DNA from: Bacteroidaceae bacterium
Lineage (GTDB): Bacteria > Bacteroidota > Bacteroidia > Bacteroidales > Barnesiellaceae_A
Direction of reading: 5' to 3'
Length of the DNA stretch: 64,000 bases
Assembly (NCBI GenBank): GCA_017935645.1
Contig: JAGBHF010000011.1
Span: forward strand, 4,709-68,708
A program made the position numbers and the translations under genes. The notes under the pieces were generated by a model that worked only from the letters and a program-made list of their open reading frames with translations, had not been told where the DNA came from and searched no databases. Positions 38,045-46,715 of this stretch are shown here, one piece after another; positions within the stretch are counted from its first letter, which is position 1; each line of letters begins with the position of its first letter.

Positions 38045-38052
38045 TACATTTG
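38045..38052 (+). promoter_or_regulatory. -7 promoter box (TAnnTTTG) for nadK
   Basis: TACATTTG, 24 nt upstream of the ATG at 38077. Confidence 0.55.
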
Positions 38053-38076
38053 TTGAGTTATCGAATTCTTATTATC

Positions 38077-38946
38077 ATGAGAATAGCAATATTTGGCAAA
38101 CAATATCACACATCCTATCGAGAGGTTTTACAAGAGCTTTTCAACACCCTCGTAAGTCTTAAATGCGACATATGTATTGAGCAAGACTTCGTTGATATGC
38201 TACTCACCGACAGCTTCTTAGAGCTACCCACCATGAGTTGTATCACCCACCACGATTTCAATGCCGACATGGCACTGAGCATAGGTGGCGATGGCACTTT
38301 CTTGCACACTGCTACCTGCATTGGCAACAAAGGCATCCCCATCTTGGGTATCAATACAGGACATTTGGGATTTCTCGCCGACCTCTCGGGCAATGAAGTA
38401 GGACACGCATTACAAGATATTCTGCAAGGACAATATCAAGTAGAGGAGCGCACCTTGCTACAAGTCGAAGCCGACGGCATTGATGAGTTGTGGCCCTACT
38501 CACTCAACGAGGTAGCCATACTCAAGCAGGACAGTGCCTCGATGATTTCCATCCGCACAGCTATTAACAACGATTATTTCAACACATATCAAGCCGACGG
38601 ATTGGTAATAGCTACCCCCACCGGCTCGACAGCCTACGCCCTTAGTGCCGGAGGGCCCATTCTCGTGCCACAAGCCGCCAATTGGGTGCTGGCTCCTGTT
38701 GCGCCACACAGCTTCACGGTACGCCCCTTGGTAGTAAATGACGATGTAACCATTTCACTACAAGTATCTTGCCGGACCGGCAAGTTTATGCTCAGTTGCG
38801 ACGGACGTTCCGTTCAACTCCCCGCCGGCACAGCTATCACCCTACGCAAGGCCTCTTTTACTATCAAAGTAGTAAAGGGCAACGACCACACCTTCTCCAA
38901 GACCTTGCGCAACAAGCTCATGTGGGGTGTAGATAAGAGAGACTAA
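38077..38946 (+). CDS. nadK: NAD kinase
   Basis: GGDGTFL motif, NTGHLGFL, and TPTGSTAYALSAGGPI. The ATG at 38077 (MRIAIFG) is preferred over the TTG at 38050. Confidence 0.92.
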   Translation: MRIAIFGKQYHTSYREVLQELFNTLVSLKCDICIEQDFVDMLLTDSFLELPTMSCITHHDFNADMALSIGGDGTFLHTATCIGNKGIPILGINTGHLGFLADLSGNEVGHALQDILQGQYQVEERTLLQVEADGIDELWPYSLNEVAILKQDSASMISIRTAINNDYFNTYQADGLVIATPTGSTAYALSAGGPILVPQAANWVLAPVAPHSFTVRPLVVNDDVTISLQVSCRTGKFMLSCDGRSVQLPAGTAITLRKASFTIKVVKGNDHTFSKTLRNKLMWGVDKRD

Positions 38947-38964
38947 AAAGGAAACCGTAAATAT

Positions 38965-39492
38965 TTATTCCGATATTTCACGCAACTGCTCGGTAGCCAA
39001 TGCCAGGGCAGTTGCTTTTTCGTACTCATCGGCCTGAAAAGTGTAACGGGCCTGTGTATAATATGGCATACGTTGCTCGAGCATTGCTGTTACTTTTTGA
39101 TGCAACTCTTCGGGAGTACACCCCTCGACAAGCGGGCGCTTCACCTTGGCTATCAACAAGCGGTGACAGATAACCTCGACCGAACAGGTGAGAAATACAG
39201 CCACACCGCGCTCGTTCATATATGCCATGTTATCAAAGAAACAAGGTGTTCCGCCACCGGTGGCAATGAGTACATTATCAAACTCGGCAACCTCATGTAG
39301 CATATTACGCTCAATTAAGCGGAAAGCCTCCTCGCCACGTGTAGCAAACAACTCGCTGATACTTTGCCTGAAACGTGCCTCGATATACTTATCAAGGTCG
39401 ATAAACTCCCTACCTAAACGCTTGGCGGCAAAGCGTCCCAGCGAAGTCTTGCCCGCCGCCATGTAGCCTATAAGAAATATCGGTTGCTTCAT
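38965..39492 (-). CDS. aroK: shikimate kinase
   Basis: 175 aa. P-loop GYMAAGKTSLG, and the LIATGGG motif. Confidence 0.9.
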   Translation of the reverse strand: MKQPIFLIGYMAAGKTSLGRFAAKRLGREFIDLDKYIEARFRQSISELFATRGEEAFRLIERNMLHEVAEFDNVLIATGGGTPCFFDNMAYMNERGVAVFLTCSVEVICHRLLIAKVKRPLVEGCTPEELHQKVTAMLEQRMPYYTQARYTFQADEYEKATALALATEQLREISE

Positions 39493-39517
39493 TGAGTTGT
39501 CAATTGTATTTCGGAGG

Positions 39518-39587
39518 CAAAGATAAACACAAACGAGCGAGAAACATGAAATTTACTTCGATGTTTTTCGGAGCGAGTGCAATATAT
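39518..39587 (-). repeat. diverged single copy of the intergenic promoter-box + hairpin module, providing the -7 box for aroK
   Basis: CAAAGATA (TATCTTTG on the minus strand) lies 26 nt upstream of the aroK ATG. It is followed by CGAGCGAG, a hairpin (AAACATGAA / TTCGATGTTT) and CGGAGCGAG. Confidence 0.5.
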
Positions 39588-39632
39588 CTTCGAGATTTAC
39601 CTCAAAGATACTTAGTTTTGGAATAAAAAGCG

Positions 39633-39640
39633 TATTTTTG
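39633..39640 (+). promoter_or_regulatory. -7 promoter box (TAnnTTTG) for the RNase H gene
   Basis: TATTTTTG, 35 nt upstream of the ATG at 39675. Confidence 0.5.
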
Positions 39641-39674
39641 TGCCATCGAGTTTACGCAAAAGATTATCCGTCCG

Positions 39675-40316
39675 ATGAAAAAAATGAAATACTACGTTGT
39701 TTGGGAAGGCCTTTCGCCCGGAGTTTACGACTCGTGGGAGGAGTGTCGCTTGCAGACTGAAGGCTATAAAGGAGCCAAATACAAGGCTTTCGACTCGAAA
39801 GAGGCTGCCATTGAGGCATTTCGAGGCAATGCATCGGAACATATAGGTATACTCAAGCAGATGAGCCAACGCCACACCAAGACCTTTACCCCCGCGACAC
39901 TGCCGGCAAGTGTCATTCGCGACAGTCTGGCTGTCGATGCGGCATGCAGTGGCAATCCCGGAAAGATGGAGTATCGCGGTGTATATGTTGCTACGGGACT
40001 GGAGGTGTTTCGCATAGGCCCTATGGAGCAAGGTACAAACAATATCGGTGAGTTCCTGGCACTCGTGCACGGCTTGGCGCTGCTGAAGAAAATGGGCAAC
40101 AACATGCCCATATATAGCGATAGTCGCAACGCTATGCTGTGGGTGAAACAAAAGCAATGCAAGACCAAGTTGGAGCGCAACGCTGTCAATGCACCCATCT
40201 TCGACCTCATAGCACGTGCCGAGGCTTGGCTACACAACAATCAATACGACAACCCCATCATCAAGTGGGAGACCGAGCAATGGGGTGAAATCCCCGCCGA
40301 CTTTGGTCGTAAATAA
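39675..40316 (+). CDS. rnhA: ribonuclease H1-type protein with an N-terminal hybrid-binding (viroplasmin-like) domain
   Basis: N-terminus YYVVWEGLSPGVYDSWEECRLQTEGYKGAKYKAFDSKEAAIEAF. RNase H core with VDAACSGNPG, GEFLALVHGL, YSDS and ADFGRK. Confidence 0.85.
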   Translation: MKKMKYYVVWEGLSPGVYDSWEECRLQTEGYKGAKYKAFDSKEAAIEAFRGNASEHIGILKQMSQRHTKTFTPATLPASVIRDSLAVDAACSGNPGKMEYRGVYVATGLEVFRIGPMEQGTNNIGEFLALVHGLALLKKMGNNMPIYSDSRNAMLWVKQKQCKTKLERNAVNAPIFDLIARAEAWLHNNQYDNPIIKWETEQWGEIPADFGRK

Positions 40317-40411
40317 TGCGGTGCATTGCTGCACGAAATAACACCGACAGATACAATAATGAGGGCTATAGTGCGTTAGAAATATAAACGAAACACACAA
40401 AACGAACTATT

Positions 40412-41041
40412 ATGAAACGTCTGGCTTTTATTGTCTCTATCATCATTGCTACATTGCCTATATCGGCTCAAGTTATCAAACTCGACGTAGGTACATCTTT
40501 CTCTTCGATGCAAGATGACACACCCATGCACAACTTTTCCAATACATTGGTTGGTAGTAGCGTGGCTTTTGGTGTTGACTGGCTCGAGAAAGAGTGGTTC
40601 TATCTATCAAGCGAAGTAGGATATATAACCACCGGAGGTGCTGAGCGTATTGAGATAATGGACAGCCCGGGCTTGCCCACAGGAGAGGCCGACTGGCAAT
40701 TGATGCGCCACAACATCCATGTGAATACTACCTTTAGAGCCAAACTCGCATTGAACAGATTTCATGTATACTTAGGTGTAGGCCCTAAAGTAGACATACC
40801 GGTACATACCGAATTGACCGATACTTACAACGACGCGACTGATAGCAATCTTCCGTTTCTCAAAAACGAAGTAATGTTTGGTATCAAAGCCGAGGCCGGT
40901 GTTGCTTACAACTTCAACGATGTAAGAGTGGGGCTTAACTTTGCCTACCTACCCGACTTCACTCGACAAGCTTCATATCTCAACCAAACGACTCGCAACG
41001 ACATCTTCAAGCTGAGTATATCGGTGGGATATATTTTATAA
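40412..41041 (+). CDS. small outer-membrane beta-barrel protein
   Basis: 209 aa. Signal peptide ending ISAQ, with an alternating aromatic/hydrophobic strand pattern. Confidence 0.6.
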   Translation: MKRLAFIVSIIIATLPISAQVIKLDVGTSFSSMQDDTPMHNFSNTLVGSSVAFGVDWLEKEWFYLSSEVGYITTGGAERIEIMDSPGLPTGEADWQLMRHNIHVNTTFRAKLALNRFHVYLGVGPKVDIPVHTELTDTYNDATDSNLPFLKNEVMFGIKAEAGVAYNFNDVRVGLNFAYLPDFTRQASYLNQTTRNDIFKLSISVGYIL

Positions 41042-41061
41042 GACAGACAAAAGATTATACC

Positions 41062-41103
41062 CAACGAGGCGACCCATCTACCTGAGATAGAGTCGCCTCG
41101 TTG
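41062..41103. terminator. bidirectional terminator hairpin between convergent genes
   Basis: 12-bp arms CAACGAGGCGAC / GTCGCCTCGTTG with an 18-nt loop. Confidence 0.7.
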
Positions 41104-41123
41104 CGCGTATATGTCTACTATAA

Positions 41124-41705
41124 TCAGCCCTTTATTTGTATCTCGTCAATCAACTCATTCATGCGAGAGCGCAAGCGTTGTATGATAGGTACCATGATTA
41201 AGGCCATTGCCAAGAAAGCCGACGAAGCTATACCATAGACCATTCCCGACATAAACTCGGCTGCAATGCCGTTGACAAATGATATAGCAATGTTCAATGC
41301 CATAATGATAATAGCAAATATCGCAATCATGATACAGAGCATTTTGGTAGCCATGCCATAGGCTTTATTGACCATCAATAGCTGACCCATGGTATTGTTT
41401 GCTGTATCGAATGGGCCGTCGGCACTCTTCTTGCGCAGATAACGCCAGAATTTAAAGCTGCTGACAACCTCTATACCACACTCCTCCATAAACTTGTAGT
41501 AGGCATCTACCTCTACGTCGGTCATCGAATCGTTGGGCAGGTCTATCTTATAGATATACTCTCCGGGGGTACCCTTCTCAAAGGTATATATAAAACCATT
41601 GGTGCGAACGAAGTTCCATCCACTGCGACTCATGGCATTGAGCCACTTTTGTTCACGCTCATAGTCGGCAATCGTGAAAAACCTGAAATAACGTTTTGTC
41701 TCCAT
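41124..41705 (-). CDS. DUF2812 domain-containing membrane protein
   Basis: N-terminus FRFFTIADYEREQKWLNAMSRSGWNF with C-terminal TM segments. Classic partner of PadR regulators. Confidence 0.8.
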   Translation of the reverse strand: METKRYFRFFTIADYEREQKWLNAMSRSGWNFVRTNGFIYTFEKGTPGEYIYKIDLPNDSMTDVEVDAYYKFMEECGIEVVSSFKFWRYLRKKSADGPFDTANNTMGQLLMVNKAYGMATKMLCIMIAIFAIIIMALNIAISFVNGIAAEFMSGMVYGIASSAFLAMALIMVPIIQRLRSRMNELIDEIQIKG

Positions 41706-41736
41706 AATCTGCTTATTTTATGTATTAATATTTTTA

Positions 41737-42057
41737 TCACAATATAGCTTCGCCATTAGCAACCAGCTCGCGAAGACGTTCCAACTCTTTTACCACAACT
41801 GTGCGCCCCTCGGCGGTTATCACATACTCTTTGCGACGGCTATCCTCGGCGGTAGCATGTTGCACTATCCAGCCACGCTCAAGCAACGTATTGATAGCAC
41901 CATACAGCGTACCGGCCGATACTATCAGCCTACCGTCGGTCATCTCCTCTATCTTTTGCATTATACCATAACCGTGCAAGGGTTTGGTAAGCGACAGCAG
42001 TATGTAATACACTGCTTCTGTAAGTACGATACCTGTGTTTTCTCCCATATTTTTCAT
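41737..42057 (-). CDS. PadR family transcriptional regulator
   Basis: 106 aa. YILLSLTKPLHGYGIMQKIEEMTDGRLIVSAGTLYGAINTLLERGWI is a PadR winged HTH. Confidence 0.9.
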   Translation of the reverse strand: MKNMGENTGIVLTEAVYYILLSLTKPLHGYGIMQKIEEMTDGRLIVSAGTLYGAINTLLERGWIVQHATAEDSRRKEYVITAEGRTVVVKELERLRELVANGEAIL

Positions 42058-42104
42058 TGTTTCGGCTTTCGTTATAACGCCCGTCGTTATATCGGCTGCC
42101 GATA

Positions 42105-42112
42105 CAAAAGTA
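42105..42112 (-). promoter_or_regulatory. -7 promoter box for the padR-DUF2812 operon
   Basis: The plus strand reads CAAAAGTA, which is TACTTTTG on the minus strand, 48 nt upstream of the ATG at 42057. A 10-bp palindrome CGTTATAACG (42070-42079) lies in the leader. Confidence 0.45.
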
Positions 42113-42244
42113 TGGTATTATATTTACACTTCAAAACATTTTCGGTAAAAAGTGCTTAAAAATTTCATATTCAACTAATAATCAGCACACTTGCAAGCAC
42201 AAATTTTTTAACCACCGACTCTATGCAGAACTACAGAAAAATTG

Positions 42245-42252
42245 TATCTTTG
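42245..42252 (+). promoter_or_regulatory. -7 promoter box (TAnnTTTG) for sufCDS
   Basis: TATCTTTG, 104 nt upstream of the sufC ATG. Confidence 0.45.
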
Positions 42253-42258
42253 TACGAC

Positions 42259-42315
42259 CTATCACATTGCCTTGATATACACCGAACATAAGGCATAGAT
42301 AACAGGTTGTGATAG
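42259..42315 (+). other. structured 5' leader of sufC (nested inverted repeats)
   Basis: Outer arms CTATCACA / TGTGATAG (8 bp) and inner arms TGCCTT / AAGGCA (6 bp). The structure starts right after the predicted TSS. Confidence 0.4.
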
Positions 42316-42355
42316 TATAAAAGAGAATGTTGAAAACAAAAAACACGACTACAAT

Positions 42356-43111
42356 ATGTTACAAATAAAAGACCTACATGCCAACATCAATGGCAAAGAG
42401 ATATTGAAAGGTATCAACCTTACTGTACGTCCGGGCGAAGTACACGCCATCATGGGACCCAACGGCTCGGGTAAGAGCACCCTTTCGGCTGTTCTTACCG
42501 GCAACCCTGCTTATGAAGTTACAAAAGGTGAAGTAGAGTTTTACGGCAAAGACCTCTTGGCTCTTTCGCCCGAAGATCGTTCGCACGAGGGATTGTTCCT
42601 CAGCTTCCAATACCCCGTTGAGATACCGGGCGTAAGCATGGTAAACTTTATGCGTGCCGCCATCAATGAATTGCGCAAATACCGTGGTGAAGAGCCTATG
42701 TCGGCCACCGACTTCTTGAAACTCATGCGCGAGAAACGCGCCATTGTCGAGTTAGACAACAAGTTGGCCAGTCGTTCGGTCAATGAAGGCTTCTCGGGCG
42801 GTGAGAAGAAACGCAATGAGATATTCCAGATGGCTATGCTCGAGCCTCGTCTCTCTATTCTCGATGAGACCGATAGCGGTCTTGACATCGATGCCCTCCG
42901 CATCGTTGCCGAAGGTGTCAACAAACTCAAGACCGAAAACAATGCAACTATCGTGATTACTCACTACCAACGCCTGCTCGACTACATCGCGCCCGACTTT
43001 GTACACGTGTTGTACAAAGGTCGCATCGTGAAATCGGGTGGTCCCGAATTGGCTCTCGAACTTGAAGAGAAGGGCTATGACTGGATTAAAAAAGAGTTGG
43101 GCGAATTATAA
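42356..43111 (+). CDS. sufC: Fe-S cluster assembly ATPase SufC
   Basis: Walker A GPNGSGKST, signature FSGGEKKRNEI, and Walker B SILDETDSGLD. Confidence 0.93.
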   Translation: MLQIKDLHANINGKEILKGINLTVRPGEVHAIMGPNGSGKSTLSAVLTGNPAYEVTKGEVEFYGKDLLALSPEDRSHEGLFLSFQYPVEIPGVSMVNFMRAAINELRKYRGEEPMSATDFLKLMREKRAIVELDNKLASRSVNEGFSGGEKKRNEIFQMAMLEPRLSILDETDSGLDIDALRIVAEGVNKLKTENNATIVITHYQRLLDYIAPDFVHVLYKGRIVKSGGPELALELEEKGYDWIKKELGEL

Positions 43112-43120
43112 TCGAGAGTT

Positions 43121-44476
43121 ATGCAAGCACTACAACAATATATAGACCTCTATCGTGAGCATCACGAGGTAATCGACCGTCATTCGTCGGCAGTGCTCAA
43201 CGCATTGCGTCCCGAGGCTCTACAAGCAATAGAGCGCAACGGACTGCCCATTACACGTCACGAAGATTATCATCACACCGATTTGGAGGCAATGTTTGCC
43301 CCCGATTTCGGATTGAATATTACTCGCATCGAACTGCCGTCACAACCCCACGAGGCCTTTCGCTGCGATGTACCTAACCTCTCTACACAGCTTTACTTTC
43401 TCGTAGGCGACAACTTTTACCGCAACGAGCGCAACCGCGAGTTGCCCGATGGTGTTATTGCCGGCTCGTTGCGCGATATAGCCGAGTCACACCCCGAGTT
43501 GGTAGCCCGCTACTATGGCAAGGTGGCCGATGTGAACAAGGATGGTATAGTTGCCTTCAACACGTTGTTGGCACAAGATGGATTCTTCTTGTATATCCCC
43601 CGACATGTAGTATTGGAGCGTCCTATACAGCTCGTTAATATCATAAGCGGTGGTGTGTCTATGATGCACAATCGTCGCATATTGGTGGTGGCCGAAGAGG
43701 GTGCACAAGCCAAACTTTTGGTGTGTGACCATAGCGAAGACGATGGTATAAACCAACTCATCACCCAAGTGACCGAGATATATGCCGGCGAGGGTGCTGT
43801 GGTTGACTACTACAACTTGGAGGAGAATGCTACTTGCGTACAACGTGTATCATCGACCTTTGTACACCAAGTTGCTACATCCAATGTGTTGGTAAACGGT
43901 ATTACCTTGCGCAATGGTACAACTCGCGACAACTACTATATAGCACTCGACGGCGAAGGTTGTGAAACACAATTGTGCGGTATGGCTATTGCCGACGGCG
44001 ACAAGAAAGTAGACGTATACAGCCACATCGACCACCGTGCGGCTCATTGCACAAGCAACGAACTATTCAAGTTTGTACTTGACGAGAATGCCATAGGCTC
44101 TTTTGCCGGTCGCATACTGGTACGCGAAGGCTCACAAAAGACCGAGGCTTACCAAAGTAACAAAAACCTTTGCGCATCAGCGACAGCCCACATGTACACC
44201 AAGCCTCAATTGGAGATTTACGCCGACGATGTGAAGTGTAGCCATGGTGCCACAGTAGGTCAACTCGACCAACAAGCATTGTTCTACATGCGCACACGTG
44301 GTATCTCTGAGGCCGAGGCTCGCATGCTGTTGCAGTTTGCCTTCATGAGCGACGTGATAGAGAATGTGCGTCTTGAAGCCCTCAAAGACCGTTTGCGCCA
44401 ATTGGTTGAGAAACGCTTCCGTGGTGAGTTATCGCAATGTCAACAATGTGCCATACGCACTCAAAAACAACAATAA
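43121..44476 (+). CDS. sufD: Fe-S cluster assembly protein SufD
   Basis: 451 aa following sufC, with the C-terminal conserved region EIYADDVKCSHGATVGQLDQQALFYMRTRGISEAEARMLL. Confidence 0.9.
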   Translation: MQALQQYIDLYREHHEVIDRHSSAVLNALRPEALQAIERNGLPITRHEDYHHTDLEAMFAPDFGLNITRIELPSQPHEAFRCDVPNLSTQLYFLVGDNFYRNERNRELPDGVIAGSLRDIAESHPELVARYYGKVADVNKDGIVAFNTLLAQDGFFLYIPRHVVLERPIQLVNIISGGVSMMHNRRILVVAEEGAQAKLLVCDHSEDDGINQLITQVTEIYAGEGAVVDYYNLEENATCVQRVSSTFVHQVATSNVLVNGITLRNGTTRDNYYIALDGEGCETQLCGMAIADGDKKVDVYSHIDHRAAHCTSNELFKFVLDENAIGSFAGRILVREGSQKTEAYQSNKNLCASATAHMYTKPQLEIYADDVKCSHGATVGQLDQQALFYMRTRGISEAEARMLLQFAFMSDVIENVRLEALKDRLRQLVEKRFRGELSQCQQCAIRTQKQQ

Positions 44477-44478
44477 CA

Positions 44479-45696
44479 ATGTTAGATATAGCCTCTATTC
44501 GGGCACAATTCCCCATTTTAGGACGTGAGATATACGGCAAGCCGTTGATATACTTCGACAACGCCGCCACCTCACAGCATCCGCAATGCGTGATAGACCG
44601 CATCAGCGAGAGTTACTGTCGTGTCAATGCCAATGTGCATCGTGGTGTACACACCTTGAGTCAAGAAGCTACCGAGGCACACGAGAATGCTCGCAAGCGT
44701 GTACAACAATACATCAACGCCCGCCACAGCCATGAGATAATTTTTACACGCGGTACAACTGAGGCTATCAACCTTGTTGCACACTCGTTTGGCGAGAAAT
44801 TCTTGCACGACGGAGACGAGGTGATACTCACTGTCATGGAACACCACTCCGACATCGTACCCTGGCAACTGTTACAGAGTCGTAAGGATATAAAACTGCG
44901 TGTTGTTCCTATCAACGAACGTGGCGAATTGAACATGGAGGTGTACCAGAGTCTCTTCAACGAACACACCCGATTGGTATGTGTGATGCACGCATCAAAC
45001 GTATTGGGTACTATCAATCCGGTCGAAGAGATGATTACTTATGCCCACGCACACGACGTACCCGTATTGGTCGACGGAGCACAAGGCATTCCACACTTGG
45101 CTGTAGACGTGCAAGCCCTTGATGCCGACTTCTATGTGTTCTCGGCACACAAGGTATATGGCCCCACCGGTATAGGCGTGCTCTATGGCAAAGAGAAATG
45201 GCTCGATGCCATACCTCCTTATCAAGGCGGTGGCGAGATGATTGCTCAGGTATCTTTTGAACGCACTACCTTCAACGAGCTCCCCTACAAGTTCGAGGCC
45301 GGCACGCCCGACTATGTTGGCAGTGCAGCCTTTGCAACAGCACTCGATTGGGTTGACAGCATCGGATTTAAGGCTATGCAGGCACAAGAAGAAGATTTGT
45401 TGCAATATGCCACTACCCGATTGCAAGAGATTGACGATTTGAGAATATACGGCACTGCAGCACACAAGACCCCGGTTATTTCGTTTCTTGTAGGCAATAT
45501 CCACCACTACGACATGGGTATGTTACTCGATAAGTTGGGCATTGCAGTACGCACCGGACACCATTGTGCTCAACCGCTTATGCACGCCTTAGGCATAGAC
45601 GGAACGGTACGTGCATCGTTTGCCGTATACAATACCCGCGAAGAGATTGACACCTTTGTAGCAGCAGTTAACAGGGTAGCCAATATGTTGCGATAG
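44479..45696 (+). CDS. sufS: cysteine desulfurase, SufS subfamily
   Basis: YFDNAATSQ, the PLP lysine motif SAHKVYGPTGIG, and the active-site region RTGHHCAQP. The ATG at 44479 (MLDIASIRAQFP) is preferred over the ORF-track start at 44437, which overlaps sufD. Confidence 0.92.
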   Translation: MLDIASIRAQFPILGREIYGKPLIYFDNAATSQHPQCVIDRISESYCRVNANVHRGVHTLSQEATEAHENARKRVQQYINARHSHEIIFTRGTTEAINLVAHSFGEKFLHDGDEVILTVMEHHSDIVPWQLLQSRKDIKLRVVPINERGELNMEVYQSLFNEHTRLVCVMHASNVLGTINPVEEMITYAHAHDVPVLVDGAQGIPHLAVDVQALDADFYVFSAHKVYGPTGIGVLYGKEKWLDAIPPYQGGGEMIAQVSFERTTFNELPYKFEAGTPDYVGSAAFATALDWVDSIGFKAMQAQEEDLLQYATTRLQEIDDLRIYGTAAHKTPVISFLVGNIHHYDMGMLLDKLGIAVRTGHHCAQPLMHALGIDGTVRASFAVYNTREEIDTFVAAVNRVANMLR

Positions 45697-45732
45697 AGAT
45701 ATTTTTATTCAATAACTTTAAAAAGTAAGATT

Positions 45733-46137
45733 ATGAAATTCATCACACGAGAACCCGGAAAGACCATTTATCACGCATCGTTCTATTGGTCAATACTGCT
45801 CACTTTTGCATTGGTCATTGCATTCTTCATGTTTGCCATTCCCACATATACTGTATGGAGTCAAGAGATGAGTGGACGTGCCGAGTTTGCCAAGGCCGAG
45901 CAAAACCGTCGTATCAAAATCGAGGAGGCTAAGGCTAATCTTGAAGCCGAAAAACTCAATGCCCAAGCCGAGGTTGAACGTGCCAAAGGTGCTGCCGAAG
46001 CGATACAAATTGAGAACGGTTCTATTACTCCCACTTACATACAATACTTGTGGGTACGTCAACAGAACACAGCTACCGACAAGGTTATTTACATCCCCAC
46101 CGAGGCCAACTTGCCTATCTTAGAAGCCAAGAAATAA
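45733..46137 (+). CDS. small membrane protein resembling only the C-terminal coiled-coil part of SPFH/prohibitin-family proteins
   Basis: 134 aa. One TM (WSILLTFALVIAFFMFAI), the coiled coil AEQNRRIKIEEAKANLEAEKLNAQAEVERAKGAAEA, then ITPTYIQYLWV...VIYIPTEANLPILEA. Confidence 0.55.
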   Translation: MKFITREPGKTIYHASFYWSILLTFALVIAFFMFAIPTYTVWSQEMSGRAEFAKAEQNRRIKIEEAKANLEAEKLNAQAEVERAKGAAEAIQIENGSITPTYIQYLWVRQQNTATDKVIYIPTEANLPILEAKK

Positions 46138-46155
46138 GACTTATAACATAAGACA

Positions 46156-46191
46156 AGCGGGGTTGCACAATCATTAACGTGCAACCCCGCT
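46156..46191. terminator. bidirectional terminator between convergent genes
   Basis: 13-bp arms AGCGGGGTTGCAC / GTGCAACCCCGCT with a 10-nt loop, then GTTTTTA. Confidence 0.82.
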
Positions 46192-46205
46192 GTTTTTATG
46201 GGTAT

Positions 46206-46715
46206 CTACGGTCTATATCCACCCTCTTGGGCAATAGTGGGTGCGTTGGGATGTAGATGCAAGATGCGCTGATTGCTACTACCCCTAAAGTGCAACGAAG
46301 GGTCATACAGGTGCTTGACAAAAGGGCCATCGACAAGTGTGTCGATAAAACGCAGGCAGTCGCGCGTTGTTTCATTTTTCAACAGAGCCTCGTAGGTAAA
46401 TCCGGTGTAGCACCATATATTCTGCCTTGTTTCGCGCTTGAGACGTACAAGCAGTTCGAGTAGCGCTTCGGGATTATAAAAAGGGTCGCCCCCCGTAAGG
46501 GTAATGCCGTCGAGCAACGTATCGGCATTAATCTCATCGATAATACGCGACAGTATCTCCTCGGTAAATGGTTCGCCGGCCGATGGTGACCAGCTCTCGG
46601 GGTTGTGACAATCGGGACAGGCATGACGACACCCGGCCAAGTAGATGGCATAACGAAGACCATAGCCATCGGCTATGGTCTCAGGATATACGTTTATGAT
46701 ATTCAGTCCAGGCAT
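46206..46715 (-). CDS. nrdG: anaerobic ribonucleoside-triphosphate reductase activating protein
   Basis: Radical-SAM cluster motif GCRHACPDCHNP. The start overlaps the nrdD stop (TGATG). Confidence 0.9.
   Translation of the reverse strand: MPGLNIINVYPETIADGYGLRYAIYLAGCRHACPDCHNPESWSPSAGEPFTEEILSRIIDEINADTLLDGITLTGGDPFYNPEALLELLVRLKRETRQNIWCYTGFTYEALLKNETTRDCLRFIDTLVDGPFVKHLYDPSLHFRGSSNQRILHLHPNAPTIAQEGGYRP

Noticed and set aside
39612-40157. A 181-aa minus-strand ORF, and a 158-aa one, antisense to the RNase H gene.
   Set aside because: The RNase H reading frame carries all catalytic motifs and the N-terminal hybrid-binding domain. The antisense translations have no features.
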